A stretch of DNA of 64,000 nt from Eledone cirrhosa. Taxonomy: Eukaryota. The stretch's first letter is position 1. The number at the start of each line of letters is the position of its first letter. Where the stretch lies: contig OZ024742.1 of the NCBI GenBank assembly GCA_964016885.1, positions 327,732,001-327,796,000 on the forward strand, in the 5' to 3' direction. Under the pieces are notes generated by a model. That model was not told where the DNA came from. It did no database searches and saw nothing but the letters and a program-made list of their open reading frames with translations. The translations under genes and the position numbers were made by a program. Shown here one piece after another: positions 40,889 to 54,556 of this stretch.

Positions 40889-43317
40889 TCTTCAGGTTTT
40901 ATAATTTCACAATTTTTTTCCCAATAGAGAGAGAGTCGGTTTCTAACATAGACACAAGATTCTCTCATTGGAGTTTACACAACATCAACTAGGCAGATTA
41001 TGTACGCATGCATGCATGTGTAGATATGGATGTTATTGTATGTGTTGATGTGTATGTTTTGAGTTGTATGTGTGCATGTGTACATATGCTTTGTATCTGT
41101 ACATGTGTATATGCAGTTATTCGAGGCAAAATTTTTGGAATGTTTTACATATTTTTACTGTTCCATTAATGGATTGTACTTGTAAATTCCTAACTAGTTG
41201 TGTTCTTTCTGTTCCTGTGAAGCCTAGCTTCTCAAGATTTGTATTGAGGCAGTTACTATCATATCCCATTGCCCCAATAATCAGAGGCATAAATCTGAAG
41301 GTGTAATCAGGGTGGAGTATCTGCAGATTTCTCATCAGTTCTGCATAAATATTCTCTTTTTCGCTAATCTTTGATATTATATTGGCATCTGCTGGGCAGC
41401 TAATTTCCACTACTGTGCATGTTTTCTTCTCCCTGTCCCATATCATAATATCTGGTCTGTTATGCCTGCATTTTATTGGGGTTTTTTACTGGAACATTCC
41501 ACCAGTACTCTTTCATATTATGGATATGTATGTTTCAACATTGCTGTAGCTTTTAATGTGTTTATTATCGGGGCTATCTTTTCTACGGATTGCGTTGTAC
41601 AGTGTTTTGGTCACTACATCATGACTCATAGGTAGATAGTACCGCGATGACATCTTTGGACAGCTGCTGATGACATGAGTGATATCCTCGATGTTAGTTC
41701 TGCAGAGTCTTCACTTGTTATCACATCTAGGTATTTTGCCTGCATCCCTATCTCTTTTGTGAATCAGGTATTTCGTGTTAATCTCCTGTTCTTGGATTGC
41801 AAAAGCGTATCCTTCAAAGTAGGAGCCAATATAGCGGTTGTTGGTCCAAGATAGACTACTTTTCTTATTTATATTACTCTCACTCTGGAGCTTCCTGGCA
41901 ACATATCCATGCATGATTTTTTGCAGATAAGCATGCAGTTTTTCATCCATGGATTCACTGCGATACTGCTGAGCGACTTCCCTGGGTATGAGTTTTTGAT
42001 TATCACACAGGGAATATCTCTCGAGGAGTTCCTTCCCAACTCTCATGATCTTATCTGTTTCATGCAGATAGACTTGCTCGAAAGACGAGCTCCTACGCTT
42101 CGAGGTTCGTAGATGTTGTCTGAGGGATATGATGCGACATTCAAATGATGTCTGGACTGATGTTAGGCCTCTGCCTCTCTGCTTACGTTTCAAGTAAAGG
42201 CCGTCTATGTCACTGTTGGTGTGGAAGTTTCCGGTGTTGTTTAGTATTTTTCGAGTTCCAACATCAACTGCTCGTATTTCGTCTATCGTCCAATTGAGTA
42301 TTCCAAACGTTGGTGTTAGGACAGGCACAGCAAACACATTGTGAGCCACTGTTTTGTTTTGCGCAGAGAGATCCGATGACCAAATCTTTCTTAATCGGGT
42401 GTAGTATTCCCTGGTGTCGCGCTCCTTATTACAGATACCATTATAGGATATGTTCTCATCCTCCCCAGGCATCTGTAGCATTCCTCATCAGATATCGGTG
42501 AAGCAGTTAGGCTATTGATGACAATGTTGCTAGATTGGGTTGTTGTTTTTCCCCGCTTTACAGTCATGTATGAGCATTTATCTTGGCCAAACTCCATTCC
42601 TATATCCTTTGAGAACGTTGTAATCAGGTCAAGATTTGTCTTCATCCCATCCTTCTTCTTGGCATAGAGTTTCAGATTGTCCACAAAGAAATTATGAGTT
42701 AGGCTGGTATTTCAGTCCTCCTGTGAGCCAATGATGTATCCCTCACATTTCTTGAGCAGAAAGGACAAGGGGTTTAATGACAAGTTGAATAATATCACAG
42801 AGAGACTGTCTCCTTTAAATTTACTCCTGCGATACTTTATTTTATCAGTGGAAATAGAGTCCTCCCTCTCTGTCTTTAACCTTAAGATAGTAGCCCAAGA
42901 AGAAGACAGCTTTTCTATGGTTCTGACAATAATGTCTGGGACTTTAGCAAGCTGGAGGGCCTCTATCATCCAAGAGTGGGGAACAGAATCGAAAGCTTTC
43001 CTTTAGTCCAGCCTGACTCTAGCCATATTCCTCTTAAGTTGTTGCACCTCCGACATCGCAGTTTTGTTTATTAGGAGTTGTTCAGCACATCCCCAAACCC
43101 CTTTCTTTCCAGCTGCTTGTTCATCTATTTTCACAGTGATCTTGGAGGAATAGGTTCAGGCAGGCTGTATACATCTTATACATCAGGTTCTGGCATGCAA
43201 TGCCTCGGTAGTTTTTTGCCAAGTGGGTGTCTTTGTTCTTGGGGACAAGTAATGTTTGTGCTAATGTCAACCATTCTGGTATAAGTGTATCTCCCTTAGG
43301 AAATTGTTGGTAGAGCT
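40889..43317 (-). mobile_element. R4/Dong-like RLE non-LTR retrotransposon, 5'-truncated, in (CATA)n
   Basis: RT (AFDSVPHSW, GDSLS, DNLKLYAK), CCHC and RLE (PDIMIWD...VEISCP) fragments. Collinear with 57739-60130; ATGT repeats on both flanks. Confidence 0.9.
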
Positions 43318-43479
43318 CATGTATGTATGTATGTACGTATGTATGCATCTACGGATGTATGTATTTATGTATATTTATGTATAAGTACATTTATTCATTA
43401 AAGCATTTACTATCATACTTACCCAACCATATCAATATATATATATATATATATACATACATATATATATATATATATG

Positions 43480-43513
<34 letters not shown>

Positions 43514-43538
43514 GTTGTAGGATCGCAAGGTATATATA

Positions 43539-43582
<44 letters not shown>

Positions 43583-43607
43583 TATATATACCTTGCGATC
43601 CTACAAC

Positions 43608-43642
<35 letters not shown>

Positions 43643-43647
43643 GTGTG

Positions 43648-43693
<46 letters not shown>

Positions 43694-43833
43694 TATATAG
43701 GAAAATGTTTAACCCCGTCGGGATTAAACACTTTCCTGTTACCCACTCTACTACCCTAAGTAGTGAGTAATCTGGTGCGTTATGGTCCATTTGGTTCCTT
43801 ACAACATTTCCTTCGTTATATATATATATACAT

Positions 43834-43888
<55 letters not shown>

Positions 43889-43960
43889 TGTATATATATA
43901 CCTAATGTATGTATATATATATATGAATATATATATATGTGTTTATATATATATATATGT

Positions 43961-44004
<44 letters not shown>

Positions 44005-44151
44005 AGTATATGTTGGTTGTTTACCGACACTTCAGTATGCAGAGTGGAGCACTCGACGAAGTGCGCAGGTTGGTTTGGTTACTCCGGAGTAATGTAAAAT
44101 AAAATAATTAAGTGAAATATTTAAAATGTTGCCTTCGTTTATTAAAGGTGT

Positions 44152-44206
44152 ACTGCTATATATATTTCGGTGACAGCCATCCTTGGCTGTGACTTCTTCA
44201 GGCAGT
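44152..44206 (-). ncRNA. Type I minimal hammerhead ribozyme
   Basis: Minus strand reads ACTGC-CTGAAGA-AGTCACAGCCA-agga-TGGCTGTCACC-GAA-ATATATAT-A-GCAGT. Confidence 0.75.
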
Positions 44207-44731
44207 CCGAATTGGTGTGGTAGAGACGAGTACACATGTTGTCCAGCTTGAGCTTCCAGGACAGGACCCCCTACTCTCTGGCCTTGTCCAAAATCAGGAA
44301 AGTACCACCTGATAAAGGGGGATCTGGCATCTGCAAACTATGTCTGAGTGAGACCCTCGAGATACTCAGAGGTGGAAGCAGCCTGATAAACCATCAGGAC
44401 TGATTTCTTCGGGACACGTAGACACCTCAGGGCCGGAACCTTCCTCAAGCTATATGGACAGTAACAACACATCAGGATGCGAACTCCCCTCAAGCTATAG
44501 GGACTTCTCCGGGACATGTAGACACCTCAGGGCCGGGACCTTCCTCATAACAACACATTGGGATGGGAACTTCCCTCTAGTTATAAGTACAGCAGTTCCA
44601 CCACACCGAGCCCACGGTAAACCACCCTCTGCACAATCACCACTCCTACCCTTGCCTCGATCGACTCCTGTGACAACACATACTTATGCATATGTCCATA
44701 CATAGATACTGTTACGTACATGCACAGATAC

Positions 44732-44773
<42 letters not shown>

Positions 44774-45627
44774 ATAGAGGATGCACCTGGGCCTGTGCCT
44801 GTGCGTCTGTGCTTGGAACGATGTGAGTTGACATACACGCATATGTACTCTATGCCGATATAGTAACTGTAGTCCTCTGCATTTCCGGATTTTAATACTC
44901 GGGTTTTGGTGTTTTACACTCCACCCTTGTCTCATTTGCTCTTGAAACACACCACACCATGATAGTGTAAAGATTGTGATCCTTTGCACTTCTTGATTCT
45001 CACACAGCCTTTCTACTTCGGTCAATATCTTCCAAATCTTTCAAACTTTGAGATTGGTTATAACACACACGCATTTTATTTCATAATTTTATTTTATTCT
45101 TTTATCTTATTCTTTTTACTATTTTATTATTTTTTTGTTTATTTATTTTTTTAATATTTTAATTTAATATTTTATTTTATTTTTTTTATTTTTTATTTTC
45201 TTCATTTTATTGCCTTATATTCTTTTATTTCTCCATTTTACTTTACTTTATTTCTTCATCTGTTTGCCCCCCCCCCAACCACCACCACGTGGCAGCAGCC
45301 GAACTAACGCTGACCTGGCTAATGACCCCCAACACCAACAACACTACCAACACAAGGGAGGAGGTCAGCTGCACTTAACAAAAACAACCACAACAGATTG
45401 CCTTGCCTCAGAAAAAATTTCTATAGACTTTTGACTGAGGAATGTTCTCACAACTGACCAATGGGAGGAGAGAGTGTCCTTTGACGCCGAAATTCGTTTG
45501 TTCGAATTCATATGATTCCAGTTCCTGAGAGAAATAACAACCTAACCGGAAACTGGGCATATCGGAGTATTGACGGAGTGAAACACTTCAACAACATGTG
45601 TACCCGTCTCTACCACACCAATTCGGA

Positions 45628-45680
45628 CTGCCTGAAGAGTTCACAGCCAAGGATGGCTGTCACCGAAATATATATAGCAG
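45628..45680 (+). ncRNA. Type I minimal hammerhead ribozyme
   Basis: CTGC-CTGAAGA-GTTCACAGCCA-agga-TGGCTGTCACC-GAA-ATATATAT-A-GCAG. Confidence 0.75.
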
Positions 45681-45706
45681 GACATCTTTAATGAACTTAA
45701 TTATTT

Positions 45707-45777
<71 letters not shown>

Positions 45778-45848
45778 AAATTTGAAGTTATCAATAATGT
45801 AGTGATTATATCGTCACGTTAGACGATATATTATCACTACATATTCAA

Positions 45849-45994
<146 letters not shown>

Positions 45995-46158
45995 CATATA
46001 TGTATATATATGTATATATATTTATATATATATGGGGAGAGAGAGAATTAGAGAATCTGTCATTCAATGATAGTTAATAATTGATCAGACAGCATTTGTT
46101 CTGTGGAAAATATTGGAAACTGTCTGATGTTGTTTTGATGGCGTTATTATTGGCATCT

Positions 46159-46470
46159 CCACCACCATCACCCACCACCACCAGCACCACCATCACCACC
46201 ACCAGCACCATCACTACCACCAACACCACCACTACTACCACCACCAACATACCACCACCACCAAAACCACCACCACCACCACCACCACCACCACCACCAC
46301 CACCACCACCATCACCACCACCACCACTACCACCACCACCACCACCGCCACCACCAATACCACCACCACCACCACCACGACTACCACTGCCAACACCACC
46401 ATCACCAGTACCACCACCACCGCCAACGCCACCACCACCACCACCGCCAATACCAACACCACCACCACCT
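46159..46470 (+). repeat. (CCA)n-rich low-complexity tract
   Basis: Direct reading; source of the poly-Pro/Thr ORF. Confidence 0.9.
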
Positions 46471-47039
46471 CTACTAATACCACAGCATCATCAACAACCC
46501 TATTAAATTCCCCAACTCGGCCACCATCAATATTATAACATCATTAATACCAACATTACTATTATTACATTTACTTACATAATCCTTCACTATAATTCCC
46601 ACATATACACATCCATCATCATCAGCGCAACCATGGTTACTCACCTTAAACATGGCAAATTTGTCACCCCAAATAAATTTCTCTGATCACCCATTCAATG
46701 TAACAGTACTAATTACTTTTACCATTGTAACATCCATAATGTCCATGAAATCATCTTCAAAGGACACCAGCATCAACGGAAGCTATACAAAAATGTCCAC
46801 AGTGACATCATTGTTTACACAAGCACCACTGTTATATGAAATATGAATCAGAGAGGATGCCTGGCTTCGTGGTAAGAGTGCAGGGCTCACGGTTGTCTGC
46901 TTATGAGCTCATTTCCCCAGGCCATGCTAAGTGTTAGATTCACGTTATTTTGCGATGCAACATTTCACTCAGGTTGTAAAAATTAGTTGCGACGTCACTG
47001 GTACCTTTGCTTTCTGTTGAACGACATCATATATATTTA

Positions 47040-47323
47040 CTTGCAGAATGGCCCGGCGTTGCTCGGGATTTGCTCTAGGGTTCTTATATATTTGATATAT
47101 ATTTATCCTTATCGAGCCTCGTGAAATAAATACGTTTGTTTATATTTTGTTATTGTGTATGCAAAAAATCTGTACACGAATATATAATTATATATATATA
47201 TATATTAAAATAACCGATTAAGGTTTAAGCAAAGAATCGCTGCTTTCACCCTTAACGGGATCTTCTGAAACTAAAAAAATCGATCTGTGAAGGCAGAAAT
47301 AAATATTTCGAAAAACGTTACAC

Positions 47324-47400
<77 letters not shown>

Positions 47401-47719
47401 TATATATATACATATATATACACACACACACACAGCTACGTCATAATGTCGTAATGCAGACAGCCAGATATACAGACAGATATTATAAGGGCGCAACGTT
47501 ATATCTATGTATCTATCTAAAAAGAAAGATTATAGAGAGAGATCACTAAATCGCCTAACGCGGTCCCTAGGGCATTGAACATTTGAAATTTAGTTTTCTC
47601 AAAACACTCACGGGACCATAAGTATAACATGTGTAAAGTTTGAAAACAATCGGTTGGGTGGTTCTCGAGTTTTAGGGAGCTGACAGACAGACAGACATTC
47701 TCTGTTTTAGATATATAGA
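47040..47719 (-). mobile_element. Non-autonomous Helitron, complete
   Basis: Minus strand reads A|TCTATATATCTAAAAC...GTCTGTCTGTC ... hairpin CCCGAGCAACGCCGGG ... CAAG|T (CTAG variant). Confidence 0.75.
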
Positions 47720-47721
47720 TA

Positions 47722-47872
47722 ATGGGTTTTGATATAGACACAAGGCCAAAAACTTTTGGGGAGGGAAAAGTCCATTAAATCGACCCCAGAGAGTTACGGG
47801 TACTTTATTTTATCGACCAAGTTAGAATGGAAGGCAAAGCTAACTTCGGCGTGTTTTGAGCTCAGAAAGTAA
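47722..47872 (-). mobile_element. Degenerate SINE family 1 copy
   Basis: GACACAAGGCC...TACTTTATTTTATCGACC...GAAGGCAAAGCTAACTTCGGCG. Confidence 0.7.
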
Positions 47873-48376
47873 GGCTGGTCTCACCTGGGGATTCAGCCGG
47901 ATGAATTGGAGACGATTGCTTTGGATATGACCCACTGGAAGCAGTGCTTGAGAACTCTGCCACAATCCTCCAAGGAATATGTGCGTTGAACTCTTGAGCA
48001 AGATGTTTCATTTCCTTGCGGCATCAATCATTAGATCTCCAGAGAAACCTGCTATGAGATGCTGTATCTTAGAGGTTAAACTAAACCTACATAGATGTGA
48101 GCTGTAAGAACAATAACCGCAACATCAAATACACTAATTAAAAGGATATATCCATAGGAAATTAGTTTCAGACTACACTCCAGTATACATCAGCGCTGTG
48201 AATTCGAAAGAAATACAAGTCAATCATTTTAAGAGTGGTGACATACACTCATTCATAGAGGGTCTTGAGGTGTGGGGAGATTGATTGATGACTTCATCTG
48301 CTACATACACACACAGAATATACGCACAGGCCTCTAACATATATACGTATATACAAACATACATACACATACTTAT

Positions 48377-48412
<36 letters not shown>

Positions 48413-48598
48413 TCATATGAAGCATTGTGAGATATGTGGTTATGATAGTATTGGCACAATGCATTATATTGGCTTTCTCAAAACAATCTAAACCATATAC
48501 AGTATGTGTGCGTGTGTGTGTATATATATACATATATATATATGTGTGTGTGCGTGTTTTGTGTGTGTGTACGTAGACATGCGTAAACTATATAGGTA

Positions 48599-48662
<64 letters not shown>

Positions 48663-48689
48663 CCTATATACATATATATATATACATAT

Positions 48690-48766
<77 letters not shown>

Positions 48767-49045
48767 CACATATATATGTATATAGGTATGTATACATGTA
48801 CGTATATATGTTTTTCTGAATTATATAGGCTGATTATCCCCAGAGAAACTATGTTCCAACAATGGCTACTGTTAATAACTCCAATCTGCCACTTTATCGA
48901 TTAGTTTTTCCGTCATTCTTCCTACTTGACATAACCCTGATTGATTTTTGTTTACCATATAAATCTCCTTCTCTTGCTAATATTTCTCCCTCGTGTCTTT
49001 CTTTAAAATACCATATTTACACCCCATTCTTTTTATCCATCTATT

Positions 49046-49080
<35 letters not shown>

Positions 49081-49295
49081 CTGGGATGGACACACGCGTA
49101 TAACTTGCTGAGTAAGTTCTGTTTAAATTTCTATAGAAATTCTTGTCTGATAACTTTAATTTTTGTACCATTTTGTAGAGGGACTGCCAGGTCAAACTTT
49201 GATCTGGTCAGTCTCTCAAAATATTCTACGCCTTTAGGCGAAATAGTTAAACAAAAAAAAAGTTTTTTCTTGTTGAAAAGTCAATATTTTTTTAA

Positions 49296-51095
49296 ATGGC
49301 CGAAGCTTCTTCACCAAAATTCGAAGGAGGAAAGGGGAAGATGAACTTACAGCTTCCCCCTGCCACTGTCACAGTAGGAGAGGTCAAGAAGAAAGGTCAG
49401 CCAGAGGAAGAATTCTCTCCACCTGTTAACCGACAACTTGACGTTGCCATGGCAACAACCCAAAGAACCAGCAGCAACAGCAACAACAACAACAATGCGA
49501 CGGACGAAAACAACACCAATAACAATAACAATAACAATAACAACAACAACAAGACCAATAACGGTGACAACAACAACAATGATAACAACAACACCACCAA
49601 CGACAACAACAACACAAACAAACAAAATTTCTCCTTCGCCGAGACGACAAGGAAAACCCTCGACTATCTGCCAGTAGATATAAGAAAAGCGAAGGAACTA
49701 CTGGCGGATGCGAAAAAATATATAGTGTACGGGGAAAATGGTTCATTCACAATCCATTCCCCCCCGGAACTAAAAAGCCAGAGACTCCTAAACACGGTCA
49801 TGTTTAGGACAATCTCGAACAAAAGTAAAAAACCAGCTCAACCATCACAGAGCGAGATAGAGCTGGTTTTAAAAGACGTCATGAAGGACATCACCTTCAT
49901 TCAGAAGGATAGACTCTACGGGAGTCTATCCATTCTCATGAAGGACAGGGACACAGCAGTGAAACTGTCCATCAAACCAATCACATCCACCGCATACACC
50001 TTCTACCCTACGTACATGGGTAGAAGAACACAAAAAATAAAAATCCACACCATCCTGCCGATTATGGACATATGGTGGGTTTTGACAGGTTTTCTGGACC
50101 TGGAGGATGACATGCTGGTGTCCATGGGAAAGGCATCGGGTGACGCGTTCAGTGGAACGAGCCTCGAACTTGTAGTTCAAATGAGGCCCGAAAGGATCGC
50201 CCAGATCCCTGAACGCGTCATACTGGATGATCTAACCTTCATCAACATTACCGTTGAGGGTAGACGGCCCTCGTGTTACCTCTGCGGAACCAGAGGTCAC
50301 CTGAGGGCTGTCTGTCCCCAACTTAATAAGAAAACCCCAATCCTGCCTACACCACCAACAACTGCACAGCCAACACAATCACCACAACTACCACTACAAA
50401 AACAACCACCACAGCTCAAACCAAAACAAAACAATGTCCAACCCATCCCCTCCACTCAAAAAACAAAAACAATTTCCAAAACACCCGTACCGCAAACACA
50501 ACCCGAAAATATACCCCTCCCCTCCAACGCGGAAGATGAGCCTAGTTCGTCGTCAGACGAGGAGGAGCACTTCCACACAATCAAAAGAAAAAAAAGAAAA
50601 CACACCTCAGACACACAAATGAAAAAAACCCCTCCCCAAAATATAACACTGACACCAACACAAAAGAGCTCACAACAACAGCAAACAAAAAACACCACAC
50701 AAAAACAAAAACATGCATACACATACATAAATACAAGAAACAAAAAACTGTTAAACATTGTGTACAACAACAATCTAATAAAAACACAAGGGCCTAACTT
50801 CACCCAGGCAGGGGATTTCCCCCACCTCAAAATGATTAAGGCCCCACAGGACACCTATAAAACTTTAAAAAACAATTTTAAAGAGGACGTGGGTCCCCCC
50901 TGCGTCGGGCCCATTAACCGCGTCCTCCTAAAAAACTATCCCACCCCCTCCCCAAACACCCACACAACTCCAAGCTCCCCAACCACACAACACACTGATG
51001 CCCCCACACTTCCACAAACCACCACCCCACCCAACAACCCATCCCCCACCCTAATGGAAATTGTGCAGCCCGATACCCGGGACGCAGAGAGGTAA
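49296..51095 (+). CDS. LINE ORF1 (gag-like, CCHC zinc knuckle), 599 aa
   Basis: Open ORF with CYLCGTRGHLRAVC knuckle, Asn tract, P/Q/T-rich C-terminal region and basic KRKKRK. Confidence 0.85.
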   Translation: MAEASSPKFEGGKGKMNLQLPPATVTVGEVKKKGQPEEEFSPPVNRQLDVAMATTQRTSSNSNNNNNATDENNTNNNNNNNNNNNKTNNGDNNNNDNNNTTNDNNNTNKQNFSFAETTRKTLDYLPVDIRKAKELLADAKKYIVYGENGSFTIHSPPELKSQRLLNTVMFRTISNKSKKPAQPSQSEIELVLKDVMKDITFIQKDRLYGSLSILMKDRDTAVKLSIKPITSTAYTFYPTYMGRRTQKIKIHTILPIMDIWWVLTGFLDLEDDMLVSMGKASGDAFSGTSLELVVQMRPERIAQIPERVILDDLTFINITVEGRRPSCYLCGTRGHLRAVCPQLNKKTPILPTPPTTAQPTQSPQLPLQKQPPQLKPKQNNVQPIPSTQKTKTISKTPVPQTQPENIPLPSNAEDEPSSSSDEEEHFHTIKRKKRKHTSDTQMKKTPPQNITLTPTQKSSQQQQTKNTTQKQKHAYTYINTRNKKLLNIVYNNNLIKTQGPNFTQAGDFPHLKMIKAPQDTYKTLKNNFKEDVGPPCVGPINRVLLKNYPTPSPNTHTTPSSPTTQHTDAPTLPQTTTPPNNPSPTLMEIVQPDTRDAER

Positions 51096-51119
51096 GTGCC
51101 TTTTCTCTTCACCACCAAC

Positions 51120-54100
51120 ATGGCTATGCTAAGAGTAGGCTGTTTAAATGCGCGTGGCCTGGGCTCAACTTGGAAGCAAGCAATGCTTCTAAATGACCTC
51201 AGGTCACAACGTATAGATGTGATGGTTATTTGCGAGGCCCGGATCAGCAACGTGCGACAGCTGGCCCCCACCTTTGATGACTTTGAGATGCACGCATCTC
51301 TCTGTCAGCCCGGAGGTGGGGGTGGAGTTGTCGTTCTGCTGCAAAAACATCTGGGTCTCGCAACACAGATGATACATTTGGACCCGGAGGGTCGACTAGT
51401 GGTTCTGGACCTTGGCAGTGGTAAAGGCGGAGCGTTTAGGTTGGTAGCCGCCTACGGCCCTTTCGGGTCAATGCGGCCGGACTTCTTCCATCGTCTGGAG
51501 ACTTTTCTAGGGACGTCCCGCTCCTTGCTATTAGTGGGGGACTGGAATGGTATCCTAGATGCACGCTGGGACTACGTAGGGGCCTGCCCCGATAGAGAGG
51601 GGTGTAATAGCCTCAAAGGGTTAATCGGTCGATTTGACCTGGCCGATAGATATCGACTAGATTTTCCGACTGCGCCAACCTGGACTTGGGCAAATCGTAG
51701 CGGATCATCTAGGTCGTACCTAGATAGTTTCTTAGTTAGAATTAAGGATAAGGACTTTTTAAGTTGTCCAAAAATGCGCATGGTTGGCTATTCAGACCAC
51801 AAATTAGTGACCTGCATGGTCAACCTTGACAGAACTCATAGACAGGGCCCCGGTTACTGGAAGCTCAACTTGTCCTTGCCGGCAAGTAGAGCCTACAGGA
51901 ATCGGATTAGTACGTTAGTTAAGGAACGGTTGACTGGAGCGATCGTCAACAGCAGGTGGTGGGTATCTCTAAAGAGAGAGATTAGAGTAGTCTCGATAGA
52001 ATTTAGTAAGGTTCTAGCTGCGGATAGGAATAGGAAGGAAAGGGAGCTAATAGATAGAGTAGAAGAGGCAATTAGAAGCGGCGACGTGGCCAGAGTGCTA
52101 GCGTCGAGAACGGCTTTGAACCAGTTTTTCGACGCGAAGCACGAAGGCTGCGTTGTCCGAAGTAAAATACGTGCTCTAGGGAACGAGGGGACCAAAGCTG
52201 TTAGCTGGGCCCGCGTGACAGAGGCCAACAGTGGAACTAAATCCACCATCCGGTCTTTGCGAGACCTGGATGGACGGGCGATTCTTGAGCCGAAGCAGAT
52301 GTGTGAGGCCTTTCAAAGGCACTTTGCCCGACTGTTCGGGAGGGGCGGGGAGCCGGTTGGGAACGTGGACTTCGACCATACCTCGACGGCCTGCCGCGCC
52401 TTTCGCACAGGGAGGCGAAGTCCTGCGAGGAGCCGATTTCGGCCGCTGAGATAGAGGACGTGCTGAGCCAATGCGGCAAACGCAAATCCCCGGGTCTCGA
52501 TGGTCTTCCTTACGAATTATATCTAGCTATGCCGGACTTGTTCCCCGATCTCCTCGAGGCGGTCTACTGCAACTGGCAACAGAACGGGAGAATTCCCTGT
52601 ACTGTGACCAAGGGCGTAGTCACGCTAGTGAGGAAGGACGAGAACAAGGGGGACGAAATAAGTAACTTCAGGCCCATAACACTGCTAAATACAGAGTTAC
52701 AGATTTTGGCCAAGGTGCTAGCAAAGAGGTTGGCGCTTGTCGTGGGCAACCTGGTGGGAGATGCGCAGACATGCGCTATCCCGTCCAGGTCCATCCATGA
52801 CAACCTCCACCTCATGCGATACATCATAGAGAGGGTTGGGAATGAACCCGGCTTTGGTGGGGCTCTGATCAACTTGGATCAATCTAAGGCGTTCGATAGG
52901 GTCGACCATGGTTACCTGGATGCGGTGCTAGCGGCGGCAGGCTTCGGACCCGTTTTCAGGGGCTGGATCACTGCTATGCACAGCAGCCGCATCTGCTCTA
53001 GGGTCAAGGTGAACGGCTACCTCTCGGAGCCGTTCAAAATCGCGCGGTCCATCCGACAAGGGTGCCCTCTCTCCTCCCTTCTGTATGTGTTGACTCTCGA
53101 GCCACTACTGCGGAAGTTGGAGTTGTTGCAGGGCATCCCTTTGGAACCGGGATTGCGGAAAGCGGTGTCGGCCTACGCCGATGACGTGACAGTAATGGTG
53201 TCGACGGCCTCCGAAATCGAGGCGGTCGGCACCTTACTGGAGGAGTACGAAAAGTTCACAGGGGCTAAGCTGAACCGGGACAAGTCGATCGGTTTGCAAC
53301 TCGGCACGTGGAGGGGCAGACCGATGCCCTCCGATGGCGTCGTCGGACGCTGGACGGAGGGCCCGGTGAGGTTGCTCGGGGTCTGGTTCGGACCGGACCT
53401 CCAGGTGGAGAAAAACTGGGCGGAGGTTACGAACAGGGTGTTTGCACTGACCCAGAAGTGGGCCAGTTGCAAACTATCCCTGAAAGGTCGGGCGGAGGTG
53501 GCGAACACCTACATAGCGTCCGTCATCTACTACCGCCTGACCGTAGTGCCCTACCCAAGGGAAACCCTCACCAAGATGGAGCGCGCGCTCTTCCAATTCC
53601 TTTGGAAGAGGCGGGCTCCTATGGTGAGGAGATCCATCTGCTGTCAACACCCTTCGAAAGGAGGGCTGGGGATGCCGTGGCTAATGATGCGTAAACACGC
53701 ATTAAGGCTACGGCACCTCTACGTATTCCTCACCGGACAACCGGTGTGGGCCTCGTTTGTGAGACGAACCTTTCCCAGACTCGTCTCACTCACCGAGCTG
53801 CAATCCTGGGTCAAGCAAAGACCGAGAAAACTGGGCGCCTGGCACACTGAGTGTGCCCAGGCGCTCTCCGCCCTCTCGCAGGCGGATCCGGTTATCAGTG
53901 GAGACTCCACCGCAACATTCTATAGAGGGCTGGTACGCAGCAGGTGCGATGACGCCCTCGGAGAAGCCCTAGACATGGAGGAGGACGAACTGGCCAGCCT
54001 GTTCGGTAGGACATTCAGCCCGGGACCTATGGACAACTTCCAGAAGTCCCTGGCCTGGCAGTGCTACCGAGGGGCTTTACCCGTTCGAGAAAGGCTCTAC

Positions 54101-54556
54101 AGACACGGGCGCCCGGGTAGGGACCCCGCCAAAAAGATCTGTCCCAGATGCGTGTGCGACGAGGAAACCGTTGCACACGCATTAGTACACTGCTCGGGCG
54201 TAGCCGATCTGTGGGGCTATGTCGAACAACTGCTGTCAAGGGTGGGACCGATCCGGTTGACCACCGAGTCTATTGTAATGATCAAGCCGCCTCCCCCCTT
54301 CAAAGATGAAGCAGAGGCGGTGTTTCTGTGCGTAATAGCCATGGCGAAAGAGGTTGTATGGTGGACGCGTCTGAAAGGACTGAGGTCAGGCACCTTTCTC
54401 TCTGGCCAACAACTGGTCCGTTTCTTCCGATATCATTTCGGAAGAAGAATCAGGATGGAGAGAGAGGTGCTGCACCCCAGCCGTTTCTATGAAAGATGGG
54501 TGAAAGTGGCGAGAATGGCCCGTGTGAATGGGCCTTCACTCTACATCAGACTATAG
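51120..54556 (+). pseudogene. LINE ORF2 (AP endonuclease + RT + C-terminal zinc finger), single frameshift near 52377
   Basis: CLNARGL, VGDWN, YLDSF, SDHK, GYWKLN; SPGLDGL, FRPITLLN, DQSKAFD, RQGCPLS, AYADD; CPRC...HALVHC. The shifted frame restores YLDGLPRLS...EEPISAAEI. Confidence 0.92.

Larger units (their letters stand above)
44001..45710 (+). mobile_element. Penelope-like element, 5'-truncated, with inverted pseudo-LTRs
   Basis: 44140-44241 is inverted relative to 45592-45692. The EN C-terminus at 44270-44464 reads (with a frameshift) GICKLCLSETLEI...LIN.RTDFFGT(R/C)RH. (TA)n on both flanks. Confidence 0.75.

Noticed and set aside
46081-46506. Extensin/formin-like poly-Pro ORF
   Set aside because: It is a (CCA)n tract with no flanking domain or supported splice structure.
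51088-51098. Splice-donor-like AG|GTAAGT overlapping the Tx1 ORF1 stop
   Set aside because: A single short motif with no acceptor evidence; could be chance.
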